Below are positions 1 to 5,157 of a stretch of DNA of 5,157 bases, piece by piece. The DNA is from a virus. Lineage: Duplodnaviria > Heunggongvirae > Uroviricota > Caudoviricetes. The translations under genes were made by a program, and so were the position numbers. The notes under the pieces were generated by a model. That model was given only the letters and a program-made list of their open reading frames with translations. It was not told the origin of the DNA and did not search any database. Numbering within the stretch: position 1 is the stretch's first letter; every line of letters starts with the position of its first letter. The stretch lies in the IMG/VR virus record IMGVR_UViG_2693429623_000001; one strand, given 5' to 3'.

Positions 1-338
1 AACGCCGTTCCCGGCAGCACAAATGCCACAGGTTCATCCCGCGTGGCGTGAAGTGCATCAGTATGCAGCTTCACCAGTGCCACGACCGTGACCAGTTCAG
101 ACGTATCCAGAATCACGGTATCCGGCTGCGCTGATCCCACCTCATTTTCATGTCCGGTCAGCACATTTTCCCGGCTGAGAGGGGTGTCCTGACCGGCAGT
201 TTCATCCGTGTCATCAAGCTCCTCTTCCAGCTCTGCCACACGGAGCGCCAGTTCTTCTTTCGTCCCCGTCAGGCTGACATCACGGTTCAGTTGTTCACCC
301 AGCGAGCGGAGACGGGCAATCAGTTCATCTTTCGTCAT
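1..338 (-). CDS. FI: Lambda FI-like DNA-packaging/head assembly accessory protein, 5' portion only (ATG at 338-336; gene runs off the window start, about 61 nt missing if lambda-length)
   Basis: Minus-strand translation from the ATG at 338 gives MTKDELIARLRSL..., which I recognise as the gpFI N-terminus. A GGAGGAG Shine-Dalgarno lies at 348-342. The start sits 41 nt downstream of the E stop, as in lambda. It is absent from the ORF track because there is no stop codon inside the window. Confidence 0.85.
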   Translation of the reverse strand, partial: MTKDELIARLRSLGEQLNRDVSLTGTKEELALRVAELEEELDDTDETAGQDTPLSRENVLTGHENEVGSAQPDTVILDTSELVTVVALVKLHTDALHATRDEPVAFVLPGTA

Positions 339-341
339 GGA

Positions 342-348
342 CTCCTCC
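342..348 (-). promoter_or_regulatory. Shine-Dalgarno (GGAGGAG) for FI
   Basis: Reverse complement of 339-350 is GTGGAGGAGTCC, immediately 5' of the FI ATG. Confidence 0.6.
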
Positions 349-359
349 ACAGAGAAACA

Positions 360-377
360 ATGGCCCCGAAGGGCCAT
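360..377 (-). promoter_or_regulatory. RNA stem-loop in the E-FI spacer: 7-bp stem (AUGGCCC/GGGCCAU) with UUCG tetraloop on the transcript, followed by a U-rich stretch
   Basis: Plus strand 360-377 atggccc-cgaa-gggccat is a perfect 7-bp inverted repeat with a 4-nt loop. It starts 2 nt after the E stop codon (380-382). The downstream transcript reads UUGUUUCUCU, which is not a clean U tract. Confidence 0.4.
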
Positions 378-379
378 GA

Positions 380-1513
380 TTACGCCAGTTGTACGGACAC
401 GAACTCATCAGGGTCAGCCAGCAGCATCAGCGGTGCTGACTGAATCATGGTGAACTCACGCGCCGGATCGCCGGTGGTCACCCAGTTTTTCGGGTAACGG
501 GCAGAGGCGTTAATGCCTTCGCGCTGTGCGTCCGCATCCTGAATGCAGCCATAGGTGCGCAGACCGCGTGCCTGAGTGTTCCCCAGCACCATCGTGTTGT
601 CCGGCAGGAAGTTCTTTTTGACGCCGTTTTCCACGTACTGTCCGGAATACACGACGATGGCCACATCGCCATACATCCCCTTATAGGACACCGCTTTGCC
701 CAGGTCTTTNNNNNNNNNNNNNNNNNNNNNNNNNNNNNNNNNNNNNNNNNNNNNNNNNNNNNNNNNNNNNNNNNNNNNNNNNNNNNNNNNNNNNNNNNNN
801 NNNNNNNNNNNNNNNNNNNNNNNNNNNNNNNNNNNNNNNNNNNNNNNNCGACGGGTATCCAGCTTCTCCCTGACGGCTTTGAAGGAACGGAACAGCGCCC
901 AGCCTTTCGGATCGAACACGATGATATTCACCACGCCGCTGGCGTTCAGCGCGTAGGCTTCGATATCGTCGGTCGGGTCATACGTGGACTTGTCACGCTT
1001 GCTCCACTCCGTGACGCCGGACTGTGTGATGTTGTTCGCCGCACTGCGGCCCATATCCACCTCAACCGGATCGAAGGCTTCACCGGTCATGGTGTATTTG
1101 CCCTTAAGCACGGCAGAAACTGCCTGCATCTCTTCGACCTGAGCAATGGCCAGCTCTTCGTCACGCATGTTCTGCATGATGATGCGACGGCGGCGGTAAG
1201 CCGGGTCCGCCAGATTCTGCGGATCTTCATCCGGCAGGCGACGCAGGGTCATCTGCGGATTCACCTCATGCTTGGGTTTGACATATCCCGGCGTAAATTC
1301 AGAGGTGGAGCCGCCACGGGAACGGATAACCTCACCGGAAACAATCGGCGAAACGTACAGCGCCATGTTTACCAGTCCCGGAATTTGTGAGAGATAGACT
1401 TTCTCCGTAGTGAAGGGATAGCTCTCACGGAAAAAGAGACGCAGAAACAGCGGATCAAACTTAAATTTCTGCTCATTTGCCGCCAGCAGCTGGGCGGTTG
1501 TGTACATCGACAT
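380..1513 (-). CDS. E: Major capsid protein gpE (HK97 fold); CDS interrupted by a 139-nt N run (710-848) but frame is preserved across it
   Basis: The 386-aa track ORF contains MSMYTTAQLLAANEQKFKFDPLFLRLFF... and ends ...LMLLADPDEFVSVQLA, matching lambda gpE at both ends. The true start is the ATG at 1513 (MSMYTT), not the upstream alternative start at 1540. Stop is TAA at 382-380. Confidence 0.93.
   Translation of the reverse strand: MSMYTTAQLLAANEQKFKFDPLFLRLFFRESYPFTTEKVYLSQIPGLVNMALYVSPIVSGEVIRSRGGSTSEFTPGYVKPKHEVNPQMTLRRLPDEDPQNLADPAYRRRRIIMQNMRDEELAIAQVEEMQAVSAVLKGKYTMTGEAFDPVEVDMGRSAANNITQSGVTEWSKRDKSTYDPTDDIEAYALNASGVVNIIVFDPKGWALFRSFKAVREKLDTRXXXXXXXXXXXXXXXXXXXXXXXXXXXXXXXXXXXXXXXXXXXXXXXKDLGKAVSYKGMYGDVAIVVYSGQYVENGVKKNFLPDNTMVLGNTQARGLRTYGCIQDADAQREGINASARYPKNWVTTGDPAREFTMIQSAPLMLLADPDEFVSVQLA
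710..848. other. Run of 139 ambiguous bases (assembly gap or masked sequence) inside gene E
   Basis: Directly visible as n characters. Flanking sequence on both sides is in the gpE frame. Confidence 0.99.
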
Positions 1514-1526
1514 AAAAAAATCCCGT

Positions 1527-1551
1527 AAAAAAAGCCGCACAGGCGGCCTTT
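1527..1551 (-). terminator. Intrinsic-terminator-like hairpin in the D-E spacer: GCCGC-CUGU-GCGGC stem-loop followed by a 7-U tract on the minus-strand transcript
   Basis: Plus strand 1527-1551 is aaaaaaa-gccgc-acag-gcggc-cttt. On the late transcript this is a GC stem with A/U extension, then UUUUUUU, 17 nt after the D stop and 13 nt before the E ATG. Confidence 0.4.
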
Positions 1552-1568
1552 AGTGATGAAGGGTAAAG

Positions 1569-1901
1569 TTAAACGATGCTGATTGCCGTTCCGGCAAACA
1601 CGGTCCGTTTTTTCGTCTCGTCGCTGGCAGCCTCCGGCCAGAGCACATCCTCATAACGGAACGTGCCGGACTTGTAGAACGTCAGTGTGGTGCTGGTCTG
1701 GTCAGCAGCAACCGCAAGAATGCCAACGGCAGCACCGTCGGTGGTGCCATCCCACGCAACCAGCTTACGGGTGGAGGTGTCCAGCATCAGCGGGGTCATT
1801 GCAGGCGCTTTCGCACTCAATCCGCCGGGCGCGGTTGCGGTATGAGCCGGGTCACTATTGCCCAGCGGCTGGTAATGGGTAAAGGTTTCTTTGCTCGTCA
1901 T
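1569..1901 (-). CDS. D: Head decoration / capsid-stabilising protein gpD (110 aa)
   Basis: Translation [43 protein letters not shown]...FAGTAISIV matches lambda gpD. Start is the ATG at 1901-1899; the track ORF begins 2 codons upstream at 1907. Stop is TAA at 1571-1569. Length is 333 nt, as in lambda. Confidence 0.95.
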   Translation of the reverse strand: MTSKETFTHYQPLGNSDPAHTATAPGGLSAKAPAMTPLMLDTSTRKLVAWDGTTDGAAVGILAVAADQTSTTLTFYKSGTFRYEDVLWPEAASDETKKRTVFAGTAISIV

Positions 1902-1910
1902 AAACATCCC

Positions 1911-2641
1911 TTACACTGGTGTGTTCAGCAAATCGTTAACGGCATCAGATGCCGGGTTACCTGCAGCCAGCGGTGCCGGTGCCCCCTGCATCAGACGATC
2001 CAGCGCAGTGTCACTGCGCGTCTGTGCACTCTGTGGTGCTGCGGCCAGAATACGGCGGGCCGTTTCCACGGTCATACCGGGGGTTTCGGCCAGCACGCGT
2101 GCCTGTTCTTCGNCATCAGACGATCCAGCGCAGTGTCACTGCGCGCCTGTGCACTCTGTGGTGCTGCGGCCAGAATGCGGCGGGCCGTTTTCACGGTCAT
2201 ACCGGGGGTTTCTGCCAGCACGCGTGCCTGTTCTTCGCGTCCGTGAGCCTCCTCACAGTTGAGGATCCCCATAATGCGGCTGTTTTCTGCCGCAACCGCT
2301 GCGGTGATCTGCGCGTTCACGTCCGGCTGCGCCGCGCTGGCGTTCTCGCCCTCCGTCGCTGGCACCACGTCAGTAACGTCAGCCTGCGAAGCAGTGGCTG
2401 AAACAGTTGTTGATTGAGTCTCTTTGGTCATTCGCCCTCCTGAGAGACGGGATTTACGTGCATCCAGTGCATCACGCATGACGGTGATCGCATCGGTGCT
2501 GTTAACAAGTTCATCAGCCAGTCCGGCATCAATGGCCTCCTGACCGCTGTACACTGCAGCCTCGGTATCCAGCACAGCCTGCACGGACAGGCCGGTATAT
2601 GCCGACACCTTCTGCGCAAACATCTGGCGGGTTGCGTCCAT
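1911..2641 (-). CDS. Nu3: Scaffolding protein Nu3, translated in-frame from an internal ATG of C (C codon 239); frame broken at the 2113 junction as assembled
   Basis: Internal ATG at 2641-2639 (MDATRQMFAQKV...) is 201 codons from the C stop once the 125-nt duplication is removed, matching the lambda C/Nu3 nested arrangement. A second copy of this start lies at 2811 in the upstream repeat copy. Confidence 0.65.
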
Positions 2642-3525
2642 CCGGGACTGCAGTGTCTCCCGGACGTCATCCGGAAGATGGCTGTAGGGGTTGCCATCCA
2701 CCTTATGGCTGCCGCTGTAAATCAGCGTGATTTCCACGCCCTGTTTCTCCAGTGCAGCGCCGTAATTACTGTGANCACCTTCTGTGCAAACATCCGGCGG
2801 GTTGCATCCATCCGGGACTGCAATGTTTCCCGGACATCATCCGGTAGATGGCTGTAGGGGTTGCCATCCACCTTATGGCTGCCGCTGTAAATCAGCGTGA
2901 TTTCCACACCCTGTTTCTCCAGCGCAGCACCGTAATTACTGTGAGCCATCATGACGCCGATGGAGCCTGTCCGGGCGGTCTGCGTGACCAGACGCCGGGA
3001 GGCGGCACTGGCAAGCAACTGACCTGCACTGCAGTTCATGTCGTTGGCAAGCGCCCATACCGGTTTTATGTCACGCACACGGGCGATGATGTCAGCGCAG
3101 TCAAATGCCCCCGCCACCATCCCGCCGGGCGTGTCCATATCGAGCAGAATGCCGTCCACCATCGGGTCGCTGGCAGCCTGTTGCAGACGGGCAATAATGC
3201 CGTTGTAACCGGTCATCCCCGAGTACGGCTGCAGCGCCCGCGTCCGGCTGACCAGCGTGCCGGACACCGGCAGCACGGCGATGCCGTTCATGACCTGATA
3301 ACTGCGGGCCTGTCGTGGTCCGTCATCATCACCGGATAATGCCAGCGTCGCGAGTGCCTCCTGGGCAGTCAGGCTGTCGCCGGACACCGCATCCGTCAGG
3401 CGGCTGATCCCAAGCTGGCCTGCAAGCGCACAAAAGAAAACCCGCGCATAGGCGGGTTCAAGCATCAGCGGCTCATTAAAAGCCATGCTGGCAATATGCG
3501 GGAGATTACGCAGCTCTGCTGTCAC
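1911..3525 (-). CDS. C: Prohead protease/scaffold gpC (S49 family; putative catalytic Ser166 in the NCSAGQ motif at 3030-3028). As assembled, the ORF is broken by two tandem duplications (2606-2944 and 1989-2237); it would be 1320 nt and intact without them
   Basis: GTG start at 3525-3523 preceded by AGGAGG, overlapping the B 3' end by 20 nt as in lambda. N-terminal translation VTAELRNLPHIASMAFNEPLMLEPAYARVFF... matches gpC. The C-terminus ...GAPAPLAAGNPASDAVNDLLNTPV ends with TAA at 1913-1911. Track ORFs 2722..3660, 2072..2737 and 1911..2096 are the three frame-shifted pieces. Confidence 0.85.
1989..2237. repeat. Imperfect direct tandem duplication: copies 1989-2112 and 2114-2237 (124 nt each, 4 mismatches) separated by a single n at 2113
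   Basis: Direct comparison of the two copies. Period is 125 nt, which is not a multiple of 3, so it shifts the C/Nu3 frame. Confidence 0.95.
2606..2944. repeat. Imperfect direct tandem duplication: copies 2606-2774 and 2776-2944 (169 nt each, 10 mismatches) separated by a single n at 2775
   Basis: Direct comparison of the two copies. Period is 170 nt, which shifts the C frame. Both copies encode the same gpC segment (AHSNYGAALEKQGVEITLIYSGSHKVDGNPYSHLPDDVRETLQSRMDATR[Q/R]MFAQKV). Confidence 0.95.
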
Positions 3526-5107
3526 TCTTCTCCTCCTCTGTTGATTGTCGCAGCCCGGATTCAAATGCTGCAGCCGCCCAGGCGGGCGGTTTAAGACCGG
3601 CTGCGCGGCGCTCCATCGTTTCACGGACCTGCTGGGCAAAAATTTCCTGATAGTCGTCACCGCGTTTCGCGCACTCTTTCTCGTAGGTGCTCAGTCCGGC
3701 TTCTATCAGCATCACCGCTTCCTGAACTTCTTTCAGACCATCGATGGCCATACGACCGGAGCCTATCCAGTCGCAGTTCCCCCAGGCACTGCGGGCTTCC
3801 TGAAAGCTGAAGCGCGCTTTTGAAGGTAACGTCACCACGCGGCGAACGATGGCCTCTTCCAGCCAGCACAGAAACATCTGGCTCGCCTGACGGGATGCGA
3901 CGAATTTTCGCCGCCCCATAAAGTACGCCCACGACTCGTTCGCACTGGCCCGTGCCGTGGAGTAGCTCATCTGGGCGTAATTCCGGGAAAGTTGCTCATA
4001 CGAGACACCCAGCCCGGCAGCGATATACCGCAACAGTGACTGCTCAAACACGGAGTAGCCGTTATCCGTGTCCTGAGCCGTCTGCAGGTTCAGTGAGTCC
4101 CCCGGCATCAGGTGCGGCACTTTTGCGCCTCCCAGACGGACCGGTGCTGCGGCGTAATACGCGGCAATTTCACCAATCCAGCCCGTCAGCCTTTCCCGCT
4201 GCTCCTTACTGTTCGCGCCCAGAATAAAATCCATCGCTGACTGCGTATCCAGCTCACTTTCAATGGTGGCGGCATACATCGCCTTCACAATGGCGCTCTG
4301 CAGCTGCGTGTTCTGCAGCGTGTCGAGCATCTTCATCTGCTCCATTACGCTGTAAAACACATTTGCACCGCGGGTCTGCCCGTCCTCCACGGGTTCAAAA
4401 ACGTGAATGAACGAGGCGCGCCCGCCGGGTAACTCACGGGGTATCCATGTCCATTTCTGCGGCATCCAGCCAGGATAGCCGTCCTCGCTGACGTAATATC
4501 CCAGCGCCGCACCGCTGTCATTAATCTGCACACCGGCACGGCAGTTCCGGCTGTCGCCGGTATTGTTCGGGTTGCTGATGCGCTTCGGGCTGACCATCCG
4601 GAACTGTGTCCGGAAAAGCCGCGACGAACTGGTATCCCAGGTGGCCTGAACGAACAGTTCACCGTTAAAGGCGTGCATGGCCACACCTTCCCGAATCATC
4701 ATGGTAAACGTGCGTTTTCGCTCAACGTCAATGCAGCAGCAGTCATCCTCGGCAAACTCTTTCCATGCCGCTTCAACCTCGCGGGAAAAGGCACGGGCTT
4801 CTTCCTCCCCGATGCCCAGATAGCGCCAGCTTGGGCGATGACTGAGCCGGAAAAAAGACCCGACGATATGATCCTGATGCAGCTGGATGGCGTTGGCAGC
4901 ATAGCCGTTATTGCGTACCAGATCGTCTGCGCGGGCATTGCCACGGGTAAAGTTGGGCAGCAGGGCTGCATCCACACTTTCACCCGGTGGGTTCCACGCC
5001 CGCAACTGCCCACCAAATCCGCTGCCACCGCCGTGATAACCGGCATATTCACGCAGCGATGTCATGCCGTCCGGTCCCAGAAGGGTGGGAATGGTGGGCG
5101 TTTTCAT
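3506..5107 (-). CDS. B: Portal protein gpB (533 aa)
   Basis: A 1602-nt ORF, exactly the lambda B length, translating MKTPTIPTLLGPDGMTSLREYAGYHGGGSGFGG..., which I recognise as lambda gpB. ATG at 5107-5105 overlaps the W stop as ATGA. Confidence 0.95.
   Translation of the reverse strand: MKTPTIPTLLGPDGMTSLREYAGYHGGGSGFGGQLRAWNPPGESVDAALLPNFTRGNARADDLVRNNGYAANAIQLHQDHIVGSFFRLSHRPSWRYLGIGEEEARAFSREVEAAWKEFAEDDCCCIDVERKRTFTMMIREGVAMHAFNGELFVQATWDTSSSRLFRTQFRMVSPKRISNPNNTGDSRNCRAGVQINDSGAALGYYVSEDGYPGWMPQKWTWIPRELPGGRASFIHVFEPVEDGQTRGANVFYSVMEQMKMLDTLQNTQLQSAIVKAMYAATIESELDTQSAMDFILGANSKEQRERLTGWIGEIAAYYAAAPVRLGGAKVPHLMPGDSLNLQTAQDTDNGYSVFEQSLLRYIAAGLGVSYEQLSRNYAQMSYSTARASANESWAYFMGRRKFVASRQASQMFLCWLEEAIVRRVVTLPSKARFSFQEARSAWGNCDWIGSGRMAIDGLKEVQEAVMLIEAGLSTYEKECAKRGDDYQEIFAQQVRETMERRAAGLKPPAWAAAAFESGLRQSTEEEKSDSRAA
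3530..3538 (-). promoter_or_regulatory. Shine-Dalgarno (GAGGAGGAG) for C, embedded in the 3' end of B
   Basis: Reverse complement of 3523-3540 is CAGAGGAGGAGAAGAGTG; the AGGAGG core sits 6 nt upstream of the GTG start. Confidence 0.6.
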
Positions 5108-5157
5108 ACATAAAATCCTGCAGGTCCCCTGCGTCGCTGTGTCATGCCGGTCTGCAC
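5104..5157 (-). CDS. W: Head-tail joining protein gpW, last 17 codons only (gene starts beyond the window end)
   Basis: Manual minus-strand translation of 5157-5107 gives VQTGMTQRRRGPAGFYV followed by TGA at 5106-5104, matching the gpW C-terminus. The stop overlaps the B start in ATGA. Confidence 0.85.
   Translation of the reverse strand: MQTGMTQRRRGPAGFYV

Noticed and set aside
150-453. Plus-strand ORFs 150..443 and 208..453
   Set aside because: They lie antisense to FI and the E 3' end, which are confidently identified. Low-complexity serine-rich translation, no ribosome-binding site, typical of spurious ORFs in GC-rich antisense sequence.
696-956. Plus-strand ORF 696..956 consisting mostly of X residues
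   Set aside because: Its start codon and most of its translation fall inside the N run (710-848); only the last ~36 residues are real sequence, and those are antisense to E.
1583-2401. Plus-strand ORFs 1583..1882, 1842..2246, 1891..2262 and 1949..2401
   Set aside because: Antisense to D and C/Nu3. Cys/Arg-rich translations typical of the wrong frame. Two of them are partly generated by the duplicated segment.
1989-2944. Tandem repeats as a CRISPR array, IS element or VNTR
   Set aside because: Only two copies each, directly abutting with no spacers. The units are coding sequence of gene C with allele-like, mostly synonymous differences, and there are no terminal inverted repeats or transposase. 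An assembly overlap explains them better.
1911-3525. Calling C/Nu3 a genuine pseudogene and the prophage defective
   Set aside because: Both frame breaks coincide exactly with the n-junction duplications, so the disruption is more likely an assembly artefact than real. Kept as a possibility in findings but not asserted.
1514-3660. Upstream extensions of track ORFs (E from 1540, D from 1907, C-fragment from 3660)
   Set aside because: The extensions use alternative starts or run in the wrong frame through the upstream gene. Lambda-matching N-termini and ribosome-binding sites place the real starts at 1513, 1901 and 3525.
478-5052. Minus-strand alternative-frame ORFs 478..672, 2428..2697, 3657..3932, 4345..4686 and 4699..5052
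   Set aside because: Out-of-frame overlaps within E, C and B. The correct frames are established by recognisable protein sequence.
2848-5113. Plus-strand ORFs 2848..3339, 3545..3823, 3952..4227 and 4673..5113
   Set aside because: All are embedded antisense within C or B, whose identities are secure. No independent support.

Overview
This window is the head-morphogenesis module of bacteriophage lambda or a very close lambdoid prophage, with every gene on the minus strand. Reading in the direction of transcription (high to low coordinate): the 3' end of W (head-tail joining), B (portal, 533 aa), C (S49-family prohead protease) with the in-frame nested Nu3 scaffold gene, D (decoration protein, 110 aa), E (major capsid protein) and the 5' part of FI. 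Gene lengths, the 20-nt B/C overlap, the ATGA W/B overlap and the 41-nt E-FI spacer all match lambda once three anomalies are subtracted. Those anomalies are a 139-nt N run inside E and two imperfect tandem duplications (about 124 and 169 nt), each with a single 'n' at the junction, that break the C/Nu3 reading frame. I read the duplications as most likely unmerged contig-end overlaps from a draft assembly rather than biology, though this needs read-level confirmation. Two GC-rich hairpins flank E in the D-E and E-FI spacers. The plus-strand ORFs in the track are antisense artefacts. I find no support for a novel system here; this is a well-characterised structural gene block with assembly-type irregularities.
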